From: a virus | Lineage: Duplodnaviria > Caudoviricetes | Virus record (IMG/VR): IMGVR_UViG_3300033412_000052 | Coordinates: 1-28,917 of that record | Direction: 5' to 3' (one strand) | DNA length: 28,917 nt | In this document: positions 1-8,565 of the stretch, piece after piece | Position numbering within the stretch: the stretch's first letter is position 1 | Layout of the letters: each line of letters opens with the position of its first letter | Made by a program: the position numbers and the translations under genes | The notes under the pieces: model-generated | Seen by the model: only the letters and a program-made list of their open reading frames with translations | What the model was told of the DNA's origin: nothing | Database searches by the model: none

Positions 1-147
1 CAACGTCCTTGAAGAGCTAACGCCTACCCGCAGTTCATGAGCAGATAATGATCGGGGGGCAGCGTGAAGCGGGTTAGAAATCCGCCTCCGGTTAGTCCTT
101 AAACGAGCGGGTGAGGCCGCCCGGTGCCACAAGCAGAGGAAGCATCA

Positions 148-441
148 ATGTCCTACGAGGGATCAGAAGAGTATCTTTGCGCCGCTGGGCACTATACCCG
201 TGTGGATTGCTGGACTGAGAATGTGTCCAAATGCCCATTCTGCGAAGCCCCGATGACGCACCGTCACGCCATCGACGAAACCAATGGCGAGGAAGACGAC
301 ATGCCATCCACCAAGCCAGCGCCAAAGCAGCAGGTTGGATGGGACGACGACTGGCGGAACGACCATTACGGCAACCGTTTCGCCGTGAAGGTCTTGCGCT
401 ACGTGCCGGGCCAGCATTGGCAAACTATCCGCAGCACTTAA
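148..441 (+). CDS. Small zinc-ribbon-like hypothetical protein (97 aa), convergent with the late operon
   Basis: ATG at 148 preceded by AGAGGAAG. Contains CxxxH...C...CPFC metal-binding-like motif (LCAAGH...DCW...KCPFC). Only credible plus-strand gene in the window. Confidence 0.65.
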   Translation: MSYEGSEEYLCAAGHYTRVDCWTENVSKCPFCEAPMTHRHAIDETNGEEDDMPSTKPAPKQQVGWDDDWRNDHYGNRFAVKVLRYVPGQHWQTIRST

Positions 442-452
442 ACAGTTAGCGC

Positions 453-878
453 CTAGATAAGCCGCACCGCCCACCAGAGAATATAAATTCCGGCGCTTGC
501 GAGCGCGCCAATCCACGGCCAATAGCCAAACGTCGGCTGCGAAACCGTTCGCAGCATGCAGAGGAAGCCGACGACGCCGATCGCCACCCCGATCCCATAG
601 ACGAAACTGTGCGGAGTCCCGACATAGACCTCGCCATGACTCTCAAAGCGAATCAGCCAGAGAACGAATCGGGTGAGGAACACCCCGAATGCAACAGCCA
701 AAGTGCCGAGCGCCATCTGCACACTCAGCGGCAGCCGGAAATTGAACAGAAGCGCTCCCCAGCGGATCTTGCGCTGCACCCGAATAATCAGGACGTGAAA
801 CACCATGAAGACGGTGAGCCACGCCGCCAGGATCGCCCAAACGCCATTCCCAACCTCAAGAATATCGGCACCAGTCAT
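453..878 (-). CDS. Hypothetical integral membrane protein, about 4 TM helices (141 aa)
   Basis: Four hydrophobic stretches (VWAILAAWLTVFMVFHVLII; VQMALGTLAVAFGVFLTRFVLWLI; FVYGIGVAIGVVGFLCML; WPWIGALASAGIYILWWAV). ATGA overlap with the upstream gene. Confidence 0.8.
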   Translation of the reverse strand: MTGADILEVGNGVWAILAAWLTVFMVFHVLIIRVQRKIRWGALLFNFRLPLSVQMALGTLAVAFGVFLTRFVLWLIRFESHGEVYVGTPHSFVYGIGVAIGVVGFLCMLRTVSQPTFGYWPWIGALASAGIYILWWAVRLI

Positions 879-1096
879 TTGCTCAAACCGCGATGAAGTC
901 GCGACAACTGATCGCGATTATAGATATCGGCCATCATCGCCGCAAACGGGTCTCGAGATCGCTGGTATATCTGGAATTGCTTCGTCAACTCATCGGCGCG
1001 CACGCTGATTCGATGGGCCAATTCCCGAGCGATCATCGTGTCGGGATCTGGTGTCCGCCGCTTGAACAGCATCGCGATCCGTCCAAGGAGATTCAT
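875..1096 (-). CDS. Hypothetical protein (73 aa), lysis-cassette region
   Basis: Abuts the upstream stop at 1097 and overlaps the downstream start (ATGA). Helical, charged sequence. Confidence 0.7.
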   Translation of the reverse strand: MNLLGRIAMLFKRRTPDPDTMIARELAHRISVRADELTKQFQIYQRSRDPFAAMMADIYNRDQLSRLHRGLSK

Positions 1097-1297
1097 TTAG
1101 TTTGGCCTGCTGACGAACACATTACCGAGCGTCGCCAGGGTGTTCTCCGTTTTCACCATGGCTTGAATCATGTCGCGAGAAACCGTCTTATGCTCCTCGC
1201 GCTCCTGTCGTCTTTCAGTCCGTTCGAGCCACCACATCACCGCGAAAATAAACGCCGGGCCGGCCGTGGCGAGCTTCTCCAACCATTCCGGCAGCAT
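1097..1297 (-). CDS. Small protein with one TM helix plus coiled coil (holin-like or spanin-like)
   Basis: ATG at 1297. N-terminal TM (AGPAFIFAVMWW) followed by charged helix ERTERRQEREEHK, an architecture common in phage lysis cassettes. Confidence 0.65.
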   Translation of the reverse strand: MLPEWLEKLATAGPAFIFAVMWWLERTERRQEREEHKTVSRDMIQAMVKTENTLATLGNVFVSRPN

Positions 1298-1306
1298 CAA
1301 AGCCGC

Positions 1307-1510
1307 TCAGATCGGAGCGTCAAATTCGTCGAGATCGGCATCCAGCTGATCGCGAACAGTCTTGATCTGCTCCGGCGTCGCATTTGCGCCAGCATCCGCG
1401 AGCTCCTTGATCTTGGAAACCCGGTCCGCAATGTTGATGCCGGCCTCGACGAGTGCCGGCAATGCCGATACAGCCAGGCCGACCAGTTTCAGGATTTCAT
1501 CCGCGTTCAA
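1307..1510 (-). CDS. Hypothetical protein (67 aa), partner of the upstream lipoprotein
   Basis: TTGA overlap with the lipoprotein stop. Amphipathic N-terminus and acidic helical C-terminus. Confidence 0.7.
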   Translation of the reverse strand: MNADEILKLVGLAVSALPALVEAGINIADRVSKIKELADAGANATPEQIKTVRDQLDADLDEFDAPI

Positions 1511-1914
1511 GGCAGTTCTCCCACGTTCACGCCGGCGATCGCCGCCGTGGCTTTCATGTCGCTATAGAGCGCAGAAAGCTGGTTGAAAACAACGACCGCG
1601 TTCACCTGGTCGTTGCTATCGGCGAAGTGCCGCAATTGACCTATCAGCACTTTGGCCTGTTTCGTGTACGGCTGAATCTTCGCGATATTGTCGCGGCAGT
1701 GCACATCGGCGGTGCCGGCGATGCAGGCCCGACGATAGGCGAGCAGCAACTGCAGCGCCGCGTCGAACCCGGCCTCGATCTGCGCCTCACGCGCCGGCGT
1801 GACCGGATTGGAAACCGAGGCCGTGCCGAGCTTGACGGCCGTCCCCAGCGCCTGCAACTGCGCGCAGCCGCCTAGCGCCAATGCTAGGCACGCCGCGGCA
1901 AATACTTTCCTCAT
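1507..1914 (-). CDS. Lipoprotein, candidate spanin component (135 aa)
   Basis: MRKVFAAACLALALGG-C lipobox, AGGAG RBS upstream, located downstream of the endolysin. Extra Cys pair (RRAC...VHC). Confidence 0.75.
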   Translation of the reverse strand: MRKVFAAACLALALGGCAQLQALGTAVKLGTASVSNPVTPAREAQIEAGFDAALQLLLAYRRACIAGTADVHCRDNIAKIQPYTKQAKVLIGQLRHFADSNDQVNAVVVFNQLSALYSDMKATAAIAGVNVGELP

Positions 1915-1926
1915 GATGCGATGCTC

Positions 1927-2367
1927 CTATTTGACGGCCACAACCTTTTCAGACGGAACGAGAGTGGCCAAAACCTCGTCCTTAACCTCGATCGGCTTCG
2001 CGAGCGGCGCCGCATTCGCGGCCGCGTCCAAGATCGAGGCCTTGGCTTCGATCGCGACCGCCGTATTCGGATCCTTGACCGCAGCCTGCACCGCAGCTGC
2101 CTGACTTGTGACCTTGGCGCTATTTGACGCCATCTTGGCCATCACCACGCCGACGATCGGAAACGCCACGACAATGATCTGCCATGCCGACGTCGCGCCA
2201 TGAAAGACCATGCTCAGCCCGTTGAACATCTCGCCAAAGGCGTCGCTCAGCCCCTTGGACTGCGACGCCGACATCAGCCCGACGCCTCCAATGAACCCGA
2301 CAATCGTGCTTGCATAGTTGCGGCCCGATGCCAGGAGCCGCCCAACAGTCTCGGTTGAAAAAGCCAT
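1927..2367 (-). CDS. Membrane protein, putative holin (146 aa)
   Basis: ATG at 2367 with GAGGG RBS. Two hydrophobic segments (YASTIVGFIGGVGLMS; WQIIVVAFPIVGVVMA). Directly downstream of the endolysin. Confidence 0.55.
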   Translation of the reverse strand: MAFSTETVGRLLASGRNYASTIVGFIGGVGLMSASQSKGLSDAFGEMFNGLSMVFHGATSAWQIIVVAFPIVGVVMAKMASNSAKVTSQAAAVQAAVKDPNTAVAIEAKASILDAAANAAPLAKPIEVKDEVLATLVPSEKVVAVK

Positions 2368-2408
2368 TTCCCTCAATCCCTATGATGCCGCTGGAACCTC
2401 TTACGCGA

Positions 2409-3197
2409 TTACGCCTCTTTTGTCGAAATCTTCCCGTCCGAGCGCACAAGTGGCAGCTTGTCGAAGCCAATCGCGGCAGGCACCGGCACCGATTTCGGCC
2501 ACCAGAAACCTTTGTTCAGCCTCAAGACCGGGAAAGGAATGATCGAGACCTGATCCGACTGATTCCCCCCAAGCCCCATCACGTTCCCATGCTGGTCCCG
2601 GCCCACCACCTGGATGATATGGCCGCCGCCCTGCCGAACCATGGGTGCGAATGCACCGACCGCCGGCCCCGCAAGGCGGATCGACGGCCAGTTACCGGCG
2701 AAGTCGAGCGCCCATAGCGTACCGGTGCCCTTAACCCCCGCCGCCGTCAGGCAGTGATTCGCGAACAGCGCGCACCACGGGATCACATCGGCCGTGTAAT
2801 CCCTCGCGATCGCGCCGCCCTCCTCCTTCGCCCAATCGATGATGACCGGATTGTTCTTGGAGCCCGGGCCCTCGTGCGTGTTGATCAGCTTGAGGCCCGC
2901 CTGCAGCCACAGCGGCCGCGCCACCTCCTGCACCACCGGCGCGCCAGGCGCCGAGCGCGGCGCCGCGAGGGCCGCATCGATCGCGCGCGCCGTCGAGGTG
3001 CCGACCTCGCCATCGACATCGAGGCCGGCCCGCCGCTGGAACGCCTCGACTGCGGCATCGGTCGCCGGCCCGAACCAACCGCTACCACCGAGCGGATAGC
3101 CGAGCTTCGCCAGCGCCTTTTGAATGGCCTGCACCTCCGCTCCGCTCGAGCCGAGGCGGAAGATGCGATTTTCAGTCAATGATGCGATCGAGGGCAT
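2409..3197 (-). CDS. Endolysin: N-terminal peptidoglycan-binding domain + TIGR02594-type (NlpC/P60/CHAP-like) peptidase
   Basis: Start ATG 3197 (MPSIAS...). PG_binding_1 motif (LGSSGAEVQAIQKAL..LGY...FGPAT..AV.AFQ...GL.VDG.VG). Catalytic motifs PWCALFA, GGGH, LGGNQSDQV. Confidence 0.9.
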   Translation of the reverse strand: MPSIASLTENRIFRLGSSGAEVQAIQKALAKLGYPLGGSGWFGPATDAAVEAFQRRAGLDVDGEVGTSTARAIDAALAAPRSAPGAPVVQEVARPLWLQAGLKLINTHEGPGSKNNPVIIDWAKEEGGAIARDYTADVIPWCALFANHCLTAAGVKGTGTLWALDFAGNWPSIRLAGPAVGAFAPMVRQGGGHIIQVVGRDQHGNVMGLGGNQSDQVSIIPFPVLRLNKGFWWPKSVPVPAAIGFDKLPLVRSDGKISTKEA

Positions 3198-3208
3198 AGC
3201 CCATCCTT

Positions 3209-3448
3209 TCAGGTGAAAACGCCCGATCCCGCGACCAGGCCGATAAAACAAAAGATCGAGCACGCAAATACAAGCCGCGCCGGCGTCAGGCGAGTCAGCG
3301 CGAATACAACATGGCCAAGGGCCATCCAGTAAAACGCATCGACGAACATTGCCGGCGGATTCCGGAATGCCATGATCCAGCCCACAAAAATCGTGGCGGC
3401 AATGAACGTCACGACCGCCGCCAGCAACCCAAGCGAAACCCTGATCAC
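3209..3448 (-). CDS. Small 3-TM membrane protein (79 aa); holin or exclusion candidate
   Basis: GTG at 3448 overlaps the tailspike TGA (GTGA). Three hydrophobic helices in VIRVSLGLL...GSGVFT. Confidence 0.55.
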   Translation of the reverse strand: MIRVSLGLLAAVVTFIAATIFVGWIMAFRNPPAMFVDAFYWMALGHVVFALTRLTPARLVFACSIFCFIGLVAGSGVFT

Positions 3449-5661
3449 GGGATCTCTCCGCTGCATGTGCCGCCTCCGGCAATACCCGGGCACATCAGAG
3501 CCCCTCGAATAGTTCCGGTGTAGTCGGTGCCGCCGGTCTGCCCGTTCAGGATCGTCTTTGGGCAACCCGTCGCCACGTTCAGAAATACCGTATTGCTAGG
3601 AATGTTCGTGCCGGAGAGTGTGATCGCTTGCGTGCAACTGTTGCTGTTCTGCTGCACATTTTGATAGATCGAGGTATTGCCGGCCGTCGCGTTGTTCATC
3701 AAGAGACCGGTGCCGAACTGCTCCACGTCCAGCGTATTGACGACCATGCGGCCGGAGTTAATGGCGATAGCCGTGGCACTCGGACACCCCGTACCACCGC
3801 AGCCAATTGTCGATTCCCGCAAGCCGAAGTGAGTTGACGATGCGTTGAACACCATCGCCGTCGCCGTCGATCCCTGGTTGAGCTCGCAATCGATATTGTT
3901 GAGGAGAGCATTTGCCGCGCCACCCCAGCCGGTATTGTAGCGGAAACAGCCCTCGCCCGTAGGCTGGATGAGCACATTTTCGACGAGAGTCTGCTGCTGC
4001 CCATTCTCGGAATAAACCATCGCGTCAGTCGTCGTGACGTTCACATTGTCCGAGAAAAGCGTCATGTCGCTGATGCGACAACCAAACTGCCCGATATGAT
4101 AGGTGATATCGCAAAGCGTGATGAAGTTGATGCCAGTCGTGTCGGCCTTGCAGCGCTTGAGCATGGTCGAGACTACGCCCTGTCCGGACAGCCAAACACC
4201 CATAGGAACATTCAGGCCACCGCAGACCATGAAATTTCCAGGCGTAACAATGATCTTCGCGCCGGTCGTTGAGCCATTGCCGGGCGAATGACTATCGTTC
4301 TGATATGCCGCATAGAAAGCGTTCAAGAACGCCGACTGATTGTTCGTTGCACCAGCATCGTTGACGCCGAGCACCCAATCGGCCTTCGCGCCGAACTGCT
4401 TCACATTGAAGTAGTTCCCGGAATCGGTTGTGATCTGCCACTTGTTCGAACCCGTATCCGTGAAACTTCCGGATGGAGTCGTCAGACCATTGACCGTCCA
4501 GGTAAACCCCGAGCCAGTACCGCCAATGAAGCTATTTGGCGTGGTCAGGACATCGCCGCTTTTGTAGTTCGTGCATGGTGCGCCGCGGCTCACCGAAGTC
4601 ACCGCACCGCCCGAAACTGCGACAAAAGCAAAACAGTTAGCGCCGCTTCCACCGGTCAGCGGGACCGTAAAATAGTTTCCGTTCGTATAGCCGGAGCCGC
4701 CGACCAGGACGGCCGACGAAATGTTCGTGTCCCGAAACTGCACGCCGCCAGCGAGTTTTTGGAACATCGCGCCGCCGCCGTCGCCAGGCGACGCATAGCC
4801 CTGCGTCTGCACCGCCGAGAAGGCCGACAGGTTCAGCGTCGCGGCTGTCGCGCGCGAGGGCAGCACCGGGATAAACCCGCACTGCCAACCGGTGCCTGTC
4901 ACCCATTGGGTGAAAGAGTAGAGCGCCGAGCACGATGCGACCGCAAGATCCGTGGTGGTGGTGCCATTGACCGAGCCCTTGACGGTATTGGCTGCGCCCG
5001 TCGACAGATCGCTATTCGAGACCGCGGCGAAGGACGGCGCCCCAGCTGCGTTGCCGTGGAGAACCGTCGTCGTCGTGCCGAGCCCAACCGGCGTCGAGGG
5101 TGCCGCGCCGGCGCCGCCGCCGAGCACCAGCGCGTTCGCGGTCAGCGCGGCGGAGGACGCCATTGCCGAGGTGCTCGAGAAGTACGGAATGCCGCCCGAC
5201 GTCACCGAGCCAGGCAGCGAGAACGCCGCCCAGGATGGCGCCGCGCTCGAGCCCGAGAGCAGAGGCCGCGACGCGTTCGCAGTGCCGGCCAAAATCGCGC
5301 AGGCCGACGCCGTCGAATAGAGGACGCCGCCATTGGAAGCGGTCAGCGCCGCATTGCAGCCGCCGCCGGACAGCCCGAGGATCGCATAGGACGGATCGCC
5401 GCCGGCACCGCCCGAGACCAGGGCCAGGCCCGCGGTGCCGGGCAAAATCAGACCCCACGCGCTCGCCCCGCGCTCGATCAGCGCGCCCCGCGTCGATCCG
5501 AGAGCGCGATCCAGGATCGCCGTCACCGTCTCCGACTTGGCCGGCGCCCGCGTCGCGGTTGAATTGCCCCACACCTGTCCGGAGCCGACCATCGCTTGCC
5601 CGAACGCTGCCGCCGGCAACAAGAAAGCCGCCAGCGCGGCCAGAACCCTAAGCATTTTCAT
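3445..5661 (-). CDS. Tail fibre/tailspike with C-terminal pectate-lyase-like beta-helix (depolymerase-type receptor-binding protein); N-terminal signal peptide
   Basis: Gly/Ala/Ser fibre repeats, then FNVKQFGAKAD...NQSAF..AF...IIVTPGNF (Pectate_lyase_3-like helix start). Begins MKMLRVLAALAAFLLPAAAFG. 18 Cys. Confidence 0.8.
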   Translation of the reverse strand: MKMLRVLAALAAFLLPAAAFGQAMVGSGQVWGNSTATRAPAKSETVTAILDRALGSTRGALIERGASAWGLILPGTAGLALVSGGAGGDPSYAILGLSGGGCNAALTASNGGVLYSTASACAILAGTANASRPLLSGSSAAPSWAAFSLPGSVTSGGIPYFSSTSAMASSAALTANALVLGGGAGAAPSTPVGLGTTTTVLHGNAAGAPSFAAVSNSDLSTGAANTVKGSVNGTTTTDLAVASCSALYSFTQWVTGTGWQCGFIPVLPSRATAATLNLSAFSAVQTQGYASPGDGGGAMFQKLAGGVQFRDTNISSAVLVGGSGYTNGNYFTVPLTGGSGANCFAFVAVSGGAVTSVSRGAPCTNYKSGDVLTTPNSFIGGTGSGFTWTVNGLTTPSGSFTDTGSNKWQITTDSGNYFNVKQFGAKADWVLGVNDAGATNNQSAFLNAFYAAYQNDSHSPGNGSTTGAKIIVTPGNFMVCGGLNVPMGVWLSGQGVVSTMLKRCKADTTGINFITLCDITYHIGQFGCRISDMTLFSDNVNVTTTDAMVYSENGQQQTLVENVLIQPTGEGCFRYNTGWGGAANALLNNIDCELNQGSTATAMVFNASSTHFGLRESTIGCGGTGCPSATAIAINSGRMVVNTLDVEQFGTGLLMNNATAGNTSIYQNVQQNSNSCTQAITLSGTNIPSNTVFLNVATGCPKTILNGQTGGTDYTGTIRGALMCPGIAGGGTCSGEIP

Positions 5662-6107
5662 CAGATCACCGCATAACCACCAGTTTCGGGCTTGAACGTC
5701 TTGGCGTCGAAATCGCTGGCAATCGGATACGTCGTCAGCCCATCGATCGTATCGGCGCCATTACGCACAACGCTAATCGGGTTGGCCTGCGCGTGCCCGG
5801 TCGAATCCTTCACCTCGATCGGCAGATTGCTGCGCGCACTCGCCGCCATCATGTTGATCGTGATCGCGCCGCCCGCCGTGTCCACCAGGAGAAGATAATC
5901 GGTCGCCAACACCGTGTAGGGCGACATCGCAAAATTGACGAGCGTCGGGACAATTGCCGGTGGCTTGAGCGCATTGGCCACGATCTCGGCCTGCACCTGC
6001 TCGATCGCATTTTGCACATTGCGCGCAGTCAGAGGCGCCACCGGCGAATATGTGATTTCCCGCGCCGAAGGACGCGTATCCCGTAAATCCGTGCGAACAA
6101 CAGACAT
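5661..6107 (-). CDS. Tail fibre-associated adaptor-like protein (148 aa)
   Basis: ARNVQNAIEQV fibre motif and YTVLATDYLLLVDTAGGAITI...VKD..G.A..NPI.V...G.DTIDG beta-domain typical of phage fibre proteins. TGATG overlaps on both sides. Confidence 0.7.
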   Translation of the reverse strand: MSVVRTDLRDTRPSAREITYSPVAPLTARNVQNAIEQVQAEIVANALKPPAIVPTLVNFAMSPYTVLATDYLLLVDTAGGAITINMMAASARSNLPIEVKDSTGHAQANPISVVRNGADTIDGLTTYPIASDFDAKTFKPETGGYAVI

Positions 6108-7186
6108 CAGAGCACCCGCAGATAATAATTGATGCCGATCGTCGGCTGCACAATCGCATGCGCGCCGCCACCGCCAGCCCCCTGAGTCGAAATCCCGGTC
6201 GTATTGTTCGCAATAGTCAGGACTTGAGTGTCTGCTGGGGCGCCATTGTTTTTCCCAAGTTCGGCTGTGGTGGTGACATCGGCGCCGGCGTTACCTTGTA
6301 CACGGCCGAATGATCCGGGATGGCCATGGCCGGGATCATTTATTCCGTGGTTGTGGGCCGGCATTTCAGCGGCCGAAAGCGTGTGGCTTTCGCTGCCGTT
6401 GGCACATGCCGCCCCAACCGACGTCATTGACGTGCCGCAGCCAGTTGCCGAGTTTGTCAGGCGATTGGCCGCCGTGAACCCGCTGGGCTGATCCAGAAGC
6501 ACAGGAACGCGCCCCCGCATGTCGATCACTGCAAACTGCCCACCAGGACAAGAACCGCTCGCCGGCGAGCCCATCAGCGCCCAATAACTCGCATAGGTCG
6601 ACGTCGAGATGCATTGCCCCGCCGGAACAATGAAAGAGCTATTCGGCGGCGCCGGCGCCGTCGACGGCATCAACCCACCGAGCGCGACGTTGTACGGATT
6701 GCCATAGCCGCCCTCAAGTGCCCACGCCGAGCCGGTAAAGCTAACCCTATACGGCGTCCCCGCGACCAGCGTCCCAGCCGGCGCCGCGACGCCGTTCAAT
6801 TGAATTGCATAGGTGTTGCCACTGTCCGCCGTCAATGTCGCGCTCGTCCCGCTCGTCGCATGAGCGAAAAACGCCACCATCGTTCCTGTGACCGGCGTCG
6901 TATTGAGGCCCTCGGAAGTCGTCAACGTGTACGCTGTCGACGTCCCCGCCGTGGTGTTGACGCCCGAAATATCGTTCCGCCAGGCCGCCACCGCCGCCAT
7001 CATGGCGCGCGCGCTATCATTCACCGACGAGGGCGACATGCCCTCCGCCCAATTGATCGTGGGATCGGCCGTTGCGTTTGTCGCTGGAGTCGTCGACCAG
7101 TTCCAGATTGCCGCCGCCGCCGGTGCACCGCCGATCGCCAGCGTCGCCAGAACGAGAAACTCAACAAGCCGAGGGAATCTGCGCAT
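6107..7186 (-). CDS. Tail fibre protein with tail-collar domain (359 aa); N-terminal signal peptide
   Basis: ATG 7186 with AGGAGA RBS. N-terminal WNWS..PA.NATADP.INWAEG..PS.VNDSARAMMA virion-attachment-like motif. Collar motifs GQ.IS...Y..., DMRGRV, GSESHTLS.AEMPAHNH, H..VQPTI..NY. Confidence 0.85.
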   Translation of the reverse strand: MRRFPRLVEFLVLATLAIGGAPAAAAIWNWSTTPATNATADPTINWAEGMSPSSVNDSARAMMAAVAAWRNDISGVNTTAGTSTAYTLTTSEGLNTTPVTGTMVAFFAHATSGTSATLTADSGNTYAIQLNGVAAPAGTLVAGTPYRVSFTGSAWALEGGYGNPYNVALGGLMPSTAPAPPNSSFIVPAGQCISTSTYASYWALMGSPASGSCPGGQFAVIDMRGRVPVLLDQPSGFTAANRLTNSATGCGTSMTSVGAACANGSESHTLSAAEMPAHNHGINDPGHGHPGSFGRVQGNAGADVTTTAELGKNNGAPADTQVLTIANNTTGISTQGAGGGGAHAIVQPTIGINYYLRVL

Positions 7187-7196
7187 TTCGAATCTC

Positions 7197-7946
7197 CTAA
7201 CCGTAACCGTAGAGCTTGGCCACCTGCGCTGCCATGGCCTGCGCCTGCGGATTGGCCTGCGCCATCTGAATCGGCTGCAACTGCATGAACTGCGGCTGAG
7301 CCGGCGGCTGCGGAGCCCCCTGCCCGCCACCCTGACCGCCGGGCATGCCCTGGAATTGCTTGCCGGCAGTCTGCAGGATGCTCGCCGTGGTCGGCGGAGC
7401 CAGCGCGCCAACCGGCGCCGTCAGAGACAGCGGCGCCGAGGCCGCAGCCGCCCCCGTCACAGTCGGATCGATCGGGCTTGTGGGATCTTGCGGAACGGGC
7501 TGTGTCGGCGCCCCACCGTTGAGATATCCGACCACGTTGCGCCTATGCTCCGCCATTTGAGTGTTGACCTTATCGGCCACCGTGCCCGGTGCGCCGCCAT
7601 TCGCCGTGTCGCTGCGATTGTAGAGGCCCGGCGATCCGGCGTTGATGGTCGAATAGATATCCATCATGCCCATGCCAGGCCTGACACCGCGATCGCGCAG
7701 GAAGTTCTCGACCGCCCCCATCTGCTCGACCGCCGACTGCCCGGGCTTCACGCCATATTTTGCCCGTTCCTCGGGACCGAATTGGATGAGGCCTAGATAA
7801 TTGTTGTTTTTGCCTCCCCACAAGCCGGGATCAAATTTCGATCCCGTTTCATAGGAAATAGCCGTGCCGAGATCGACGGGATCGATCCCAAGTCGCTTCG
7901 ATGACGTGATGATGGCCTGCGCCAATTCCGGCGACATACTTGCCAT
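7197..7946 (-). CDS. Virion-associated lytic transglycosylase/lysozyme-like protein with low-complexity Gln/Pro/Ala tail
   Basis: ISYETG.KFDP...YLGLIQFG (SLT-like catalytic Glu + GL.Q motif), IY..INAG. Lies at the end of the ejection protein block. Confidence 0.75.
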   Translation of the reverse strand: MASMSPELAQAIITSSKRLGIDPVDLGTAISYETGSKFDPGLWGGKNNNYLGLIQFGPEERAKYGVKPGQSAVEQMGAVENFLRDRGVRPGMGMMDIYSTINAGSPGLYNRSDTANGGAPGTVADKVNTQMAEHRRNVVGYLNGGAPTQPVPQDPTSPIDPTVTGAAAASAPLSLTAPVGALAPPTTASILQTAGKQFQGMPGGQGGGQGAPQPPAQPQFMQLQPIQMAQANPQAQAMAAQVAKLYGYG

Positions 7947-8467
7947 TATGCCGCCCTCGCAAAAGCACCGAACAATTCGGCTGCTTTTTCTGCATAAGCC
8001 ACCTGCGCAGCCTCAACTGAGACGAACCCACCCAGATAATAACGCACACCATCTTTACAGATGGATGCGCGATATCTCCCGTACCGAAAAATCACCCCCT
8101 TGGTATGCAGAGCATTATTTTTCTGAGCTCTAGTATTTGCTCTATTTTGAGAGCGCGTCGCCAGCCGAAGGTTTAACCACGCATTGTTGGCGCCAACTAC
8201 ATCAGCATGCTCGACAATACTCGACGGCCATTCACTAGTAACCCAGAGCCAAATAATCTGAGATTCCTGAAATATCCGATTACCTACACTAACAAACCGA
8301 TACCCACGATATTCAAATCCGGCCCGCTCACCCGCAAATTGACCGCCGATCGATTTACGTCGATAAAGTGCGCCAGAAACGATGCTATAATCGAAAAGCT
8401 CCCGCACCACAGCGAAGGATGGCCGCGTGCCGCGCACTTTGCTTTTGCCACTCTTCTTCTTCGTCAT
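7946..8467 (-). CDS. Free-standing HNH homing endonuclease with AP2-like domain (atypical HNH motif)
   Basis: ELFDY....G.L, W....EWP...VEH.D....NN...NLRLATRSQN..N, KGV, YYLG.F...E.A..AY...A.ELFG.FAR. Lower GC than neighbouring genes. Confidence 0.85.
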   Translation of the reverse strand: MTKKKSGKSKVRGTRPSFAVVRELFDYSIVSGALYRRKSIGGQFAGERAGFEYRGYRFVSVGNRIFQESQIIWLWVTSEWPSSIVEHADVVGANNAWLNLRLATRSQNRANTRAQKNNALHTKGVIFRYGRYRASICKDGVRYYLGGFVSVEAAQVAYAEKAAELFGAFARAA

Positions 8468-8565
8468 GCTGGCCCTCAAACTAATTGCTATGGCGATCGT
8501 TACTTACGGTGGTCACTTCGCCGCTATCTCCACTATAGCATGCTGCCTCTACACAGCGCACAAGA

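Noticed and set aside
1-147. Possible 3' end of a plus-strand gene ending at TGA 38-40
   Set aside because: Too short to support.
3445-7186. Diversity-generating retroelement or invertible tail-fibre cassette
   Set aside because: No reverse transcriptase, invertase, or template/variable repeat pair seen in the window.
7170-7186. Tat (twin-arginine) signal in MRRFPRL
   Set aside because: Does not match S/T-R-R-x-F-L-K spacing; a Sec signal is the simpler reading, though Tat is not excluded.
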